Assembly (NCBI GenBank): GCA_963422395.1
Contig: OY729431.1
Coordinates: 2,488,887-2,552,886 of the forward strand
Length of the DNA: 64,000 nt
From: Vicinamibacteria bacterium
GTDB taxonomy: Bacteria > Acidobacteriota > Vicinamibacteria > Marinacidobacterales > Marinacidobacteraceae
Direction of reading: 5' to 3'
Shown here: piece by piece, positions 38,448 to 48,880 of the stretch
Position numbering within the stretch: position 1 is the first letter of the stretch
Layout: each line of letters starts with the position of its first letter
Program-made: the position numbers and the translations under genes
The notes under the pieces: model-generated
Database searches by the model: none
Told to the model about the DNA's origin: nothing
What the model saw: only the letters and a program-made list of their open reading frames with translations

Positions 38448-40700
38448 ATGCCTTCTCGATCTGATCACTATTTCGCGCACAGCGCCCCCTCCGAAAACCC
38501 GTCCTCGTGGCACCGGCTGGACGACCACCTCCGGCACACCGGAGACCGCGCCGCCGGCTTCCTCGAACGGGTCGGGCTCGCCCACTTCGGTCGGGCCGCC
38601 GGGCTCCTCCATGACCTCGGCAAGTACACCGAGAAGTTCCAGCAGAGGCTCCGCGGCGGCCCGCGCGTGAATCATTCGACAGCCGGAGCCAAAATCGCGT
38701 GCGAACGCTATCCAGGCATCATCGGAAAAATGCTGGCATTCGGTGTTGCCGGCCATCACGCGGGACTTGCGAATGGTGTGAACGGCGAGAAAATCACTGC
38801 CCTCGCCGATCGGTTGCGCGAAAACACCCCCGAACTCGACCCGTTATGGAGCCAGGAAATACAACTCCCGCCGCTTGGTCCACCGCAGATCCAGAGCCGC
38901 AGTCGGGAGAACGCCGGATTTTCCGGGTCGTTCCTGATCCGCCTGCTGTTCTCGGCCCTGGTGGACGCAGACTATCTCGATACCGAGGCCTATTACGCAA
39001 GAATCGAGAAAACGAGTCCGAGTCGCGGAGGCCACCCCTCACTCGGAATACTTCGCGACCGCCTCGATGCCCACCTCGAAGGGCTCACCGCGCGGGCCTC
39101 GGCCAGCGAAGTGAACGCGCTCCGCCGCGAAGTGCTGCACCACGCCAGAAAACGGGCAGTGGACACGCCCGGCCTCTTCACTCTCACGGTACCTACCGGC
39201 GGCGGCAAGACCCTCACTTCACTGTCGTTCGCCCTCCACCACGCCGTGCACCACGGGCTCGACCGGATCCTCTATGTCATCCCGTACATGAACATCATCG
39301 AACAGACGGCCGCTGTTTTCCGCGATGTCCTGCAAGACGACGAATCCGAGGGGCCGCACTTCGTGATCGAGCATCACAGCACCTTCGACGAGCAGCGAGT
39401 CGAGAAACGTTCCGGTAAAGAGAAACTCCGTCTCGCGATGGAGAATTGGGACGCTCCCATCGTGGTCACCACCGCCGTCCAGTTCTTCGAGAGCCTTTTC
39501 TCGAACCGCCCGTCCCGCTGCCGAAAACTGCACAACATCGCTGGCAGCGTCGTCGTCCTAGATGAGGCGCAGACTCTTCCCCTCGAATTCCTGCGCCCCT
39601 GCGTCGCCGCGATGGATGAGCTGGCGCGGAATTGGCGCGCCACCGTCGTCCTCTGCAGTGCCACGCAGCCGGCGCTGCGCGAGGAGAGCGGCTTCTGTGG
39701 CGGATTGCGCGAAGTGCGTGAACTCGCACCCCAACCGACTCGGCTCCAGCGAAGCCTAAAGCGAACTCGTATCCACCAAAAAGGCCCGATGGAGGACTCC
39801 GAGATCACCGAACGATTGCGTGGAACGCCGCAGGCACTTTGCATCGTCAACACGCGGGCCCACGCACGGGCTCTGTACGAAGCAATCGAAGATCAGGATG
39901 GGGCCACGCACCTCACCACTTCGATGTGCGCCCGTCACCGTCGGGAGATTCTGGAAGAAGTCCGCTCCCGGCTGACGATCGGTGAACCGATTCGGTTGAT
40001 CGCCACCTCACTGGTCGAAGCCGGGGTGGACCTGGATTTTCCGGTCGTTTGGCGTGAGGAAGCAGGCCTCGAATCCATCATCCAGGCGGCAGGACGATGC
40101 AATCGGGAAGGGAAAGCGCCGTCCGGAGATGTGATCGTGTTCCGTTCGCAAGCCGGTGGTCGAGGATTGCCCGAGATACGGAAGGCCGCAGACGCTGCGC
40201 GCCAGGTCCTCCGGAAGCACCAGGATCCCATGTCTCTGCCCGCCATCCAGGAGTATTTCCAGACGCGCTACTGGATCGAAGGAGATAATGCCTTGGACAC
40301 CAAGGGGATCCTTCCCATGCTCCGTGAACGGAAAAGGAGTCTCGACTTTCCTTTCGAAACGATCTCTCGTGCGTTCTGCCTGATCGAAACACCCATGGCC
40401 CCGGTGATCGTCCCCTACAGAGGCCGAGAGGGGAAAGACAGAACCGCAGACCGCCTGATCGCCGCTCTCGAGCATGAAGAGCGCCCCGGCTGGCTGGCGC
40501 GTAGTCTGCAGCCGTACACGGTCCCCGTTCCGCTGCTCGGCCGGAAATCTCTACTGGACTCCAGGGCCGCCCGGATCATCCGGGAGGCCGATTTCGACGA
40601 ACAGTTCGTCGTCCTCGACAACCGAGACATCTATCGGGCGGACATCGGCCTCACCTGGGACGATCCAAGCTTTCACAGCGTCGAGGGGCTGATCTGTTGA
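38448..40700 (+). CDS. cas3: CRISPR-associated helicase/nuclease Cas3 (HD domain plus SF2 helicase).
   Basis: The HD motifs HYFAHS and LLHDLGKY are at the N-terminus. Helicase motifs VPTGGGKT and VLDEAQ follow. The start is assigned to ATG 38448 (MPSRSDHYFAHS). The track start at 38346 adds non-conserved residues. Confidence 0.95.
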   Translation: MPSRSDHYFAHSAPSENPSSWHRLDDHLRHTGDRAAGFLERVGLAHFGRAAGLLHDLGKYTEKFQQRLRGGPRVNHSTAGAKIACERYPGIIGKMLAFGVAGHHAGLANGVNGEKITALADRLRENTPELDPLWSQEIQLPPLGPPQIQSRSRENAGFSGSFLIRLLFSALVDADYLDTEAYYARIEKTSPSRGGHPSLGILRDRLDAHLEGLTARASASEVNALRREVLHHARKRAVDTPGLFTLTVPTGGGKTLTSLSFALHHAVHHGLDRILYVIPYMNIIEQTAAVFRDVLQDDESEGPHFVIEHHSTFDEQRVEKRSGKEKLRLAMENWDAPIVVTTAVQFFESLFSNRPSRCRKLHNIAGSVVVLDEAQTLPLEFLRPCVAAMDELARNWRATVVLCSATQPALREESGFCGGLREVRELAPQPTRLQRSLKRTRIHQKGPMEDSEITERLRGTPQALCIVNTRAHARALYEAIEDQDGATHLTTSMCARHRREILEEVRSRLTIGEPIRLIATSLVEAGVDLDFPVVWREEAGLESIIQAAGRCNREGKAPSGDVIVFRSQAGGRGLPEIRKAADAARQVLRKHQDPMSLPAIQEYFQTRYWIEGDNALDTKGILPMLRERKRSLDFPFETISRAFCLIETPMAPVIVPYRGREGKDRTADRLIAALEHEERPGWLARSLQPYTVPVPLLGRKSLLDSRAARIIREADFDEQFVVLDNRDIYRADIGLTWDDPSFHSVEGLIC

Positions 40701-40948
40701 ACCGGCAGGGATCCGTTCCAACGCAGCGAGGTGGAGTTGCGGCTTCCCCGGAGACCTCCTGGAATTCGGGTTCCTCACCATGCGAACGAAAAGAGCCATC
40801 CTTCCCAGCCATGACGGGGGCCACCCGCTCCCAACGAGTCGCAGCACGGGGACTGAAACGGATGGCGAGTACCGATGAGGACTGTCGTCCCCGGCTCGCC
40901 CGGGGACTCGGATCGACGGAGAGTACAGAAGTTCGGGGGAGGAAGACG

Positions 40949-41150
40949 ATGCCCGACTCCACTCATGAATGGCCGGAAAGTCCTTCGGACTCTGGAGCGC
41001 CAAGGATTCGAATGCGTGCGCCGGCGGGGAAGCCACCGCATCCTTCGAACCTCTGCCAGAGGCAGCGAACGGGTGACAGTCGCCGGGAAATAAGGCGACG
41101 AGCTACGGAAGGGAACCCCGGTGGCGGTCTCCTTCGACCTGCTACCACCA
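40949..41150 (+). pseudogene. hicA-like mRNA-interferase toxin remnant, with an in-frame stop and a probable frameshift.
   Basis: MNGRKVLRTLERQGFECVRRRGSHRILRTSARGSERVTVAGK*GDELRKGTPVAVSFDLL aligns with the HicA family pattern (LeklGfelvrqkGSH...vtvP.H.gkdl..GTlrsIlkqagL). A TAA interrupts it at 41091..41093. A strong SD (GGGGGAGGAAG) serves an ATG at 40949 that is out of frame with the HicA frame at 40965. Confidence 0.4.
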
Positions 41151-41244
41151 AGAGAGCTTTCCACTGCCGCCGCCTCGACTGCAGCGTACCGGGAACGACC
41201 CCGGAGCGGCTGATGCGGGGCGGACTTCTCGCCGGGGCGGCCTG

Positions 41245-41916
41245 ATGTCGTACGGAGCAAGACTCCATGTGTGGGGCGATTACGCATGTTTCACTCGCCC
41301 CGAGATGAAGGCCGAGCGCGTCTCCTACGACGTCATGACACCGTCGGCAGCGCGTGGAATTCTGGAAGCGATCCATTGGAAGCCGGCGATCCGGTGGATC
41401 GTGGATCGGATCCAGGTGTTGAAACGGATCCGGTTCGAAACGATTCGAAGAAACGAACTCGGAAGCAAGATTCCGGCAGGAAACATCAGCGTCGCGATGC
41501 AGCGCGGCGACACCGGAGGTCTCGCCGTCTCGATCGAAAGCGACCGGCAGCAGCGCGCCGCCACCGTACTGCGCGATGTCGCTTATCTCATCGAAGCGCA
41601 CTTCATCCTCACACCCGTTGCAAACCCAGACGATACTCCGGCGAAACACGCCGCGATGTTCCACCGGCGCGCCGCTCGAGGGCAGTGCTTCCACCGACCG
41701 TATCTGGGGACCCGCGAGTTCCCGGCCCACTTCGCCCCGGTCCCGGATCCGCCGCCATCATCCTCCCTACCGACCGATCAGTGTGATCGTGATCTAGGCT
41801 GGATGCTGCACGACCTCGACTACGCGAATGCCGCGTCGCCCAGATTCTTCCGCGCAACGCTCCGGAATGGCGTGGTGCATGTCCCGCCGCTTGATTCAGA
41901 GGAGGTCAAGGGATGA
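41245..41916 (+). CDS. cas5c: Cas5c (Cas5d), type I-C.
   Basis: MSYGARLHVWGDYACFTRPEMKAERVSYDVMTPSAARGILEAIHWKP is the canonical Cas5d N-terminus. The stop overlaps the cas8c start (ATGA). Confidence 0.95.
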   Translation: MSYGARLHVWGDYACFTRPEMKAERVSYDVMTPSAARGILEAIHWKPAIRWIVDRIQVLKRIRFETIRRNELGSKIPAGNISVAMQRGDTGGLAVSIESDRQQRAATVLRDVAYLIEAHFILTPVANPDDTPAKHAAMFHRRAARGQCFHRPYLGTREFPAHFAPVPDPPPSSSLPTDQCDRDLGWMLHDLDYANAASPRFFRATLRNGVVHVPPLDSEEVKG

Positions 41917-43682
41917 GCATCCTCCAAGCACTCATCCAGCGCTATGAGCGACAGGCAGCACGCGACCAGGCGCCGAAGTACGGCTTTTCGGAGCAGAAAA
42001 TTTCCTATGCAATAGTAATCGATCGGAGCGGTCAGGCCATCGACACGATCGATCTGAGGGATACGAGCGGGAAGAAGCCGCGGCCCAGCAAACGCGAAGT
42101 GCCGAATCCCGTAGTCCGTACCGCCAAAATCCAACCCCAATTCCTGTGGGACAAGACTGCCTATGCCCTTGGAGTCAAGAAAGCCCAAACAGGTTCCGCA
42201 GTCCCCGCCGAACGGGGAGAGTACGATGCTTTCGTTTCCTGCCATCGGAAACTCCTCTCCTGTTCCGAAGATGATGGGCTCCAGGCATTTCTCGCCTTCC
42301 TCGATAACTGGCGGCCCGATCGCTACAGTGACCTCCGGAACAGCGACGACATGTTGGACACCAATGTCGTTTTTCGTTTCGAAGCCGATTCCAAATCGTT
42401 CTTGCACGACCGCCCGGCGGCGCGGGAAATCTGGGTGCGACTTCTGACAGGAAACGAGACCGAGCGACATCTGTGCCTGGTGACCGGCGAGCAACTCTCG
42501 ATAGCCCGGGTGCACTCCAAGATCAAGGGTGTCCGGGGCGCCCAGACTTCCGGGGCATCGATCGTCTCCTTCAACCAGAAGGCATTCAATTCTTTCGGAA
42601 AGGAACAGGGCGGGAACGCGCCGATCTCGGATCGCGCTGCTTTCGCATACACCACCTCACTGAACTCCCTTCTCGCCCGAGGCAGCCGCAATCGAATCCA
42701 GATCGGCGATACGACGACTGTGTTCTGGGCAGACTCCGGAGACGATCCAGAGAGTGCCGAAGCCGCCGATAGCCTGTTCTCTGCGCTCATGGGCGCGCCG
42801 CCGACCGACGAAGAAGAGGCAGCAGTGGTCCGGGACAAAGTCGAAAAATTTCAAGCCGGGCGTCCGGTCGAATCTGTCGAGCCGGGCGTTCAGGAGGACA
42901 CGCGCTTCTTCGTTCTTGGTCTCGCACCCAATGCGGCGCGCCTTTCCGTCCGATTCTGGCATGAAGACACGATCGGCCGCATGGGAGAACGGCTTCGAGA
43001 GCACTGGGGCGATCTTCATATCGAACCGGTCCCTTGGCACACGCCCCCGGATGCTTGGCGGCTCCTGCGCGAGACCGCCATTCAGGGCAAGTCGGAGAAA
43101 ATACCGCCAGTGCTCAGCGGCACGCTCATGAGCGCGATCCTCCGGGGCAGCAGATACCCTCGATCGTTGTTGGCCAATGTATTGCTGCGGATGCGCTCCG
43201 ACGGCAACATCAATGGGTTGCGTGCTGCGATCTGCAAGGCATGTCTCGCCCGCGACCATCGCTTCGGTCTCGAAGAGGAGGCACTCCCCGTGAGTCTAAA
43301 CCCCGACGAAAAAAACCCGGCCTATCGCCTCGGCAGACTGTTCGCCATCTATGAAGGCGTTCAGCAGGCCGCGATGGGACGACGGGTGAACGTGACGATC
43401 AAGGATCAGTTCTACGGATCCGCGTCCGCCACCCCGGCCGCGGTCTTTCCGGTAATCAACCGGAAGGCCGCCCACCACCTCGGATCCCTTCGCAAGGACA
43501 AAGGGGGGTTGGCCGTCTGGTACGAACGACACCTGGACGCGGTATTCGATGGCTTCGAGACGGCGTTCCCGCGCAGCCTCGGGATCGAGGAACAGGGCCG
43601 CTTCACCATCGGCTATTACCACCAGCGGGCAAGCCTCAAAGGGAAGCCCGCCAACGACAGCGTCGAGACGCCGGAGGAATGA
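41913..43682 (+). CDS. cas8c: Cas8c (Csd1) large subunit, type I-C.
   Basis: [14 protein letters not shown]... 589 aa, positioned between cas5c and cas7c, with Csd1-like conserved blocks. Confidence 0.95.
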   Translation: MSILQALIQRYERQAARDQAPKYGFSEQKISYAIVIDRSGQAIDTIDLRDTSGKKPRPSKREVPNPVVRTAKIQPQFLWDKTAYALGVKKAQTGSAVPAERGEYDAFVSCHRKLLSCSEDDGLQAFLAFLDNWRPDRYSDLRNSDDMLDTNVVFRFEADSKSFLHDRPAAREIWVRLLTGNETERHLCLVTGEQLSIARVHSKIKGVRGAQTSGASIVSFNQKAFNSFGKEQGGNAPISDRAAFAYTTSLNSLLARGSRNRIQIGDTTTVFWADSGDDPESAEAADSLFSALMGAPPTDEEEAAVVRDKVEKFQAGRPVESVEPGVQEDTRFFVLGLAPNAARLSVRFWHEDTIGRMGERLREHWGDLHIEPVPWHTPPDAWRLLRETAIQGKSEKIPPVLSGTLMSAILRGSRYPRSLLANVLLRMRSDGNINGLRAAICKACLARDHRFGLEEEALPVSLNPDEKNPAYRLGRLFAIYEGVQQAAMGRRVNVTIKDQFYGSASATPAAVFPVINRKAAHHLGSLRKDKGGLAVWYERHLDAVFDGFETAFPRSLGIEEQGRFTIGYYHQRASLKGKPANDSVETPEE

Positions 43683-44623
43683 ACATCATGTCAGCAATCC
43701 GTAACCGATACGATTTCGTGTATCTGTTCGACATCTCCAACGGAAACCCCAACGGAGATCCCGATGCCGGAAACCTGCCCCGGCTCGATCCAGAAACCAA
43801 CCAGGGTCTCGTCACCGATGTGTGCCTCAAGCGAAAGATTCGAAATTTCGTCACGATGACGAAGGGGGGCGAACCACCGTATGGAATCTATATCGCCGAG
43901 CGTGCCGTGCTGGAGCGGCTGCAGCAGCGTGCCTGGGATGCGATCGTCCCGGACGCCAGCGACGAAGCTCGGAAAAAGTTGCCGAAAGACGAGGCAAAGG
44001 CGCGAAAACTGACCCGATGGATGTGCGACAATTTCTTCGATGTACGGACATTCGGCGCGGTGATGTCCACGAAGGGCGCCAACTGCGGCCAGGTCCGGGG
44101 GCCAGTCCAGTTCTCGTTCGGCCGATCCGTTGAACCGATCGTCCCGCTGGAGGTTTCGATCACCAGGATGGCGGCGACCACACAGAAGGACGCCGACGAG
44201 AAGGGCGATGTTCGCACGATGGGGCGCAAGTACATCGTGCCGTACGGTCTGTATCGCGCCCACGGCTTCGTCTCGGCATGCCTGGCCGGAAACGGTGCCG
44301 GGGGAACCGGCTTCTCGCAAGAAGACCTGGATCTGGTGTGGACCGCCCTCGAACAGATGTTCGATCACGACCGCTCCGCGGCAAGGGGCGAGATGACAGC
44401 CCGCCGTCTCATCATATTCCGCCACGAGAGCACGCTCGGCAACACCGCCGCCCACCGACTCTTCGACCGCGTCCGGGTTTCGCGGATCCACGAGGAGCAG
44501 GAAGCCTCCCTCGGTGCACCTGCTTCACGGAGCCTGCCCCCGGCACGGTCGTACTCCGATTACTCCGTTGTCGTGGATGCCGAAAACCTTCCTGAAGGGA
44601 TCACGATCCTGGATCGGATCTGA
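43679..44623 (+). CDS. cas7c: Cas7c (Csd2) backbone subunit, type I-C.
   Basis: [51 protein letters not shown] is the Csd2 signature. Confidence 0.95.
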   Translation: MNIMSAIRNRYDFVYLFDISNGNPNGDPDAGNLPRLDPETNQGLVTDVCLKRKIRNFVTMTKGGEPPYGIYIAERAVLERLQQRAWDAIVPDASDEARKKLPKDEAKARKLTRWMCDNFFDVRTFGAVMSTKGANCGQVRGPVQFSFGRSVEPIVPLEVSITRMAATTQKDADEKGDVRTMGRKYIVPYGLYRAHGFVSACLAGNGAGGTGFSQEDLDLVWTALEQMFDHDRSAARGEMTARRLIIFRHESTLGNTAAHRLFDRVRVSRIHEEQEASLGAPASRSLPPARSYSDYSVVVDAENLPEGITILDRI

Positions 44624-45273
44624 TGTGCGGCGAGGACACCGATGCCGCGGCGCCCATCTCCGAGAACGAACTCGTCCCGATTTCCGCTCTTCAACACCTG
44701 CTCTACTGTCCCCGGCAGTGCGCGCTGATCCATGTCGAGCGCCTGTGGATGGAGAATCGATTCACCGCCGAGGGTCGCATCCTCCACAACAAGGTCGAAA
44801 AAGCCGCTTCGGATCGCCGTTTCGGCGTCCAAACCGAGCGCAGCGTTCCCCTGCGATCCTGGCGCCTCGGCGTCTTCGGGATCGCCGATGTGGTTGAAGT
44901 TCACGACGATGGGTGCGTATTTCTCGTGGAGTACAAGCGAGGCCGTCCCAAGCAGCATCGCGCCGATGAAGTGCAACTCTGTGCACAGGCGATCTGTCTC
45001 GAAGAGATGCTGGATCGACAGATTCCCGGAGGTGCCTTGTTCTACGGCCGCACCCGCCGCCGGACGCCGGTCGTCTTCGATGCGGCACTCCGAGGCCTCA
45101 CCGAGCGCACAGCCAGGGGCGCCCGAAAAATGATCGCAACCGGGGTCACGCCCGCTCCGATCTATGAATCCTGGAAGTGCGAACCTTGTTCGCTGAAGGT
45201 CGTCTGTAAGCCCGAAAAAATGCAGCAGACCGCCACAGTCGAATCGTGGCTGGAGGAAGCGCTCGCTGACTGA
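44623..45273 (+). CDS. cas4: Cas4 RecB-like exonuclease with an Fe-S cluster.
   Basis: The N-terminal Cys (LLYCPRQ) and the C-terminal cluster WKCEPCSLKVVC are present, with a RecB nuclease motif. The TGATG overlap with cas7c indicates coupling. Confidence 0.95.
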   Translation: MCGEDTDAAAPISENELVPISALQHLLYCPRQCALIHVERLWMENRFTAEGRILHNKVEKAASDRRFGVQTERSVPLRSWRLGVFGIADVVEVHDDGCVFLVEYKRGRPKQHRADEVQLCAQAICLEEMLDRQIPGGALFYGRTRRRTPVVFDAALRGLTERTARGARKMIATGVTPAPIYESWKCEPCSLKVVCKPEKMQQTATVESWLEEALAD

Positions 45274-45281
45274 GCACCACA

Positions 45282-46322
45282 GTGCGCCGCCATCTGAACA
45301 CGCTCTATGTCACGACCGAAGGGGCGATGCTCCACAAGGACGGAGAGAACGTCGTCGTTCGCGTCGAACGGGAAGAACGATGTCGCGTACCGTTTCACAT
45401 CGTGGATGGGATCGTTTGTTTCGGCGCCGTCGGCGTCACCCCATCTCTGATCGCACACTGCGCGAAATTCGGGATAACCCTGTCTTTTCTGAGTTGGACT
45501 GGCCGATTCTCCGCTCGGGTCGAGGGGCCGGTATCGGGCAATGTGTTACTTCGACGCACTCAGTATCGGCGTGCCGACGACCCTGTAGGAACGGCCGCAT
45601 TGGTGAGAAGTTTTCTGACTGGCAAACTGGTCAACCAGCGGGCTGTAATTCGGCGAGCCCTTCGTGACCATCGGTCGAAACTCACCGCGGACTTCGAACA
45701 ACGACTGGTGACCTGCGAACGACGACTCACCGGCTCGATTCGGCGCGCATCGAAAGGCACCGATACAGATTCTCTGAGGGGAATCGAGGGAGAAGCGGCG
45801 CGCTCGTACTACGGCGTGTTCGAATGTCTGATTCTGCGCGACCGATCATCACTCACATTCGCTCGTCGCTCTCGCCGTCCGCCAATGGATCCGGTCAACG
45901 CATTGCTTTCCTTCCTCTACACACTGCTGGTCCACGACTGTCGCTCGGCACTCGAATCCGTGGGTCTCGATCCCGCAGTCGGCTATCTGCACCGTGATCG
46001 ACCCGGACGACCAAGTCTCGCACTCGACCTGGTAGAGGAGCTCCGTCCAGTCATCGCCGACCGCCTTGCTCTGTCCATGATCAATCGGCGTCAAATTCTC
46101 CCGGGAGATTTCGAGACCGCAGTCAGCGGAGCGGTCAACATGAGCGAGAAAGCTCGCAAGGTATTACTCGTTGCCTACCAAGAACGCAAGCGTGACGAAA
46201 TCACCCATCCATTCCTCGGTGAGAAGACCACTGTTGGACTCGTTCCATTCTTGCAAGCAACAATAATGGCACGCTGTCTGCGCGGAGATCTAGACGCTTA
46301 TCCTCCCTTCCTCTGGAAGTAA
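45282..46322 (+). CDS. cas1: Cas1 integrase.
   Basis: 346 aa. LNTLYVTTEGAMLHKDGENVVV is the Cas1 N-terminus, and the conserved catalytic region is present. Confidence 0.95.
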   Translation: MRRHLNTLYVTTEGAMLHKDGENVVVRVEREERCRVPFHIVDGIVCFGAVGVTPSLIAHCAKFGITLSFLSWTGRFSARVEGPVSGNVLLRRTQYRRADDPVGTAALVRSFLTGKLVNQRAVIRRALRDHRSKLTADFEQRLVTCERRLTGSIRRASKGTDTDSLRGIEGEAARSYYGVFECLILRDRSSLTFARRSRRPPMDPVNALLSFLYTLLVHDCRSALESVGLDPAVGYLHRDRPGRPSLALDLVEELRPVIADRLALSMINRRQILPGDFETAVSGAVNMSEKARKVLLVAYQERKRDEITHPFLGEKTTVGLVPFLQATIMARCLRGDLDAYPPFLWK

Positions 46323-46330
46323 TACAAATC

Positions 46331-46621
46331 ATGCTGATTCTGGTCACCTATGATGTTGCAACTCAGAGCAGCGAGGGGCGACGGCGCCTGCGCCGCATTG
46401 CTCGGCATTGCAAAAACTACGGGCAGCGCGTCCAGTATTCCGTCTTCGAATGTCTGGTGGACCCGGCTCAGTGGACCGCCCTTCGGGCGGCCCTCCTCGC
46501 CGAGATGGATCCTGCCGAAGACAGCCTTCGGTTCTACCGACTGGGGTCGAACTGGAGACCTCGGATCGAGCATGTGGGGGCCAAGCGATCCTACGACCCC
46601 GACGCCCCATTGGTGATGTGA
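46331..46621 (+). CDS. cas2: Cas2.
   Basis: MLILVTYDVATQSSEGRRRLRRIARHCKNYGQRVQYSVFEC. 96 aa. Canonical. Confidence 0.95.
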   Translation: MLILVTYDVATQSSEGRRRLRRIARHCKNYGQRVQYSVFECLVDPAQWTALRAALLAEMDPAEDSLRFYRLGSNWRPRIEHVGAKRSYDPDAPLVM

Positions 46622-46800
46622 TCGGTGCGAACCCGTAGCGGTAGCCACTGACCAAAGCTTTCGCACAATTCGAAAATCATTATATTTCAACGAATTAGAC
46701 GAGCTATTCCACCCTGGTAATAGCTAGACTCCAACGGCTGGAGCAGGTTCGCACAAAGAGGCGGAATCTGCCAAGAGCCACCAGCAGATATATTCCTGCG
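46622..46800 (+). promoter_or_regulatory. CRISPR leader.
   Basis: A 179-bp AT-rich stretch (aaaatcattatatttcaacgaattagacgagctattccaccctggtaatagctagact) lies between cas2 and the first repeat. The array's degenerate repeats are at the distal end, which supports this polarity. Confidence 0.6.
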
Positions 46801-48849
46801 GTCGCCCCCCGCACGGGGGGCGCGGATTGAAACTTCTGGAATCGCACATTGGAGACATTGAATGCGGTGTCGCCCCCCGCACGGGGGGCGCGGATTGAAA
46901 CCGTGAGGCTGTCCAGGATCTCTCCTGCTATGTATGGTCGCCCCCCGCACGGGGGGCGCGGATTGAAACTCCTTTGCCGGCTTGCCGGCGGTTGATGTTG
47001 GAGTCGCCCCCCGCACGGGGGGCGCGGATTGAAACATCGCAGTCCGCGCATTTCCTCGCGTCGCTCTTTGTCGCCCCCCGCACGGGGGGCGCGGATTGAA
47101 ACGCACGCTGGGGCAGGAAAGCCGAAGAGCTCTATGTCGCCCCCCGCACGGGGGGCGCGGATTGAAACTCATCGAACCGGGGGCAAGCCCCCCAAAGGAA
47201 AAAGTCGCCCCCCGCACGGGGGGCGCGGATTGAAACATCGTGTTTTTCCTTTGCCGGCGGGCTGCCGGCGTCGCCCCCCGCACGGGGGGCGCGGATTGAA
47301 ACTGATCAGGATTGACAATCGCTAGCCGACTGCGCGACGTCGCCCCCCGCACGGGGGGCGCGGATTGAAACGAGTGAACGGAACGCCATTCGCGTAGGCA
47401 GCCGAGTCGCCCCCCGCACGGGGGGCGCGGATTGAAACTCGTCTGTACGGCGTGCTGGGCAGCCCGTAGGGCAGCGTCGCCCCCCGCACGGGGGGCGCGG
47501 ATTGAAACTCGTGTACGGGCTGGTCAGCCCGCCCAGCCCAGCGTCGCCCCCCGCACGGGGGGCGCGGATTGAAACAGTGGGGTGCCGCCGCCGCGCAGTC
47601 CGCGCAAAGTCGCCCCCCGCACGGGGGGCGCGGATTGAAACCCTCTCTGGTCGCGATCATCGGCAGTCTGCCGCGTCGCCCCCCGCACGGGGGGCGCGGA
47701 TTGAAACCCCACTTACTGCCACGCTGCCCTACCCCATGCGTCGCCCCCCGCACGGGGGGCGCGGATTGAAACCATATCCGCATCGCATTCCGCGCAGGCC
47801 TTCACGGTCGCCCCCCGCACGGGGGGCGCGGATTGAAACTATTCCATCCGGACTTGGTCCGACACCGCCTTGAGTCGCCCCCCGCACGGGGGGCGCGGAT
47901 TGAAACCACTTCCTGCTGACTGCGGCAGTCGGCATCTTGGTCGCCCCCCGCACGGGGGGCGCGGATTGAAACTTTGTCTCCTCCTCGATTTCCGCCCATC
48001 GGCGAAGGACGTCGCCCCCCGCACGGGGGGCGCGGATTGAAACTCCTTTGGCGGCCGGCGGCCGCCGTGTTGTTTGAGTCGCCCCCCGCACGGGGGGCGC
48101 GGATTGAAACGCTAGGCGGGCGTTGGATTTGCGCCTCCCGCCGCCGGTCGCCCCCCGCACGGGGGGCGCGGATTGAAACGTTGGATGCGGCCCGGACCAA
48201 AGCTCCTTGCATGCGTCGCCCCCCGCACGGGGGGCGCGGATTGAAACCTCCTTTCGGCGGCCGGCGGCCTCCGTGTTTGAGTCGCCCCCCGCACGGGGGG
48301 CGCGGATTGAAACGGTTGCGATTCGTGGAGTATGTCTGCTCGAATCGGGTCGCCCCCCGCACGGGGGGCGCGGATTGAAACCCTTCATCGCAACCGAACA
48401 CCGCCCCCGGCGGCGTCGCCCCCCGCACGGGGGGCGCGGATTGAAACCTTTGGCGCCGGGTTAGGCGCCGGTTTGATTCGCGTCGCCCCCCGCACGGGGG
48501 GCGCGGATTGAAACCAAGTGCACCTTGCCGGAGTGCTTTGAGGACCTGGGTCGCCCCCCGCACGGGGGGCGCGGATTGAAACTTCCTGGATTCGCGGCGA
48601 TGATGCCGTGTTTCCTGTCGCCCCCCGCACGGGGGGCGCGGATTGAAACCGCGCGCGTGTCTGTCCCTAGTGGGGACGAGCTGCGTCGCCCCCCGCACGG
48701 GGGGCGCGGATTGAAACGCCAAAGCATCGCTGACGCTCGCGAAGCCCGCGGTCGCCCCCCGCACGGAGGGCGCGGATTGAAACTCCATGGATTGGCGCCG
48801 AGGAACCGGTGTTCCCGTCGCCCCCCGCGCGGGGGGCGCGGATTGAAAC
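46801..48849 (+). CRISPR. Type I-C CRISPR array: 31 repeats of the 33-bp GTCGCCCCCCGCACGGGGGGCGCGGATTGAAAC and 30 spacers of 32-38 bp.
   Basis: Repeats start at 46801, 46869, 46937, 47003, 47070, 47136, 47204, 47270, 47339, 47406, 47476, 47543, 47609, 47675, 47740, 47807, 47874, 47940, 48011, 48078, 48147, 48215, 48281, 48349, 48415, 48482, 48550, 48617, 48685, 48751 and 48817. The last two carry point mutations (GGAGGG and GCGC). The repeat forms a 7-bp GCCCCCC/GGGGGGC hairpin. Confidence 0.97.
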
Positions 48850-48880
48850 GGGGCACTGAAGAGCGCCGCCCGGATTCTGC

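Noticed and set aside
40697-41245. 182-aa ORF filling the cas3-cas5c gap.
   Set aside because: It is a low-complexity frame. The only protein-like signal in the gap is the hicA-like remnant in another frame.
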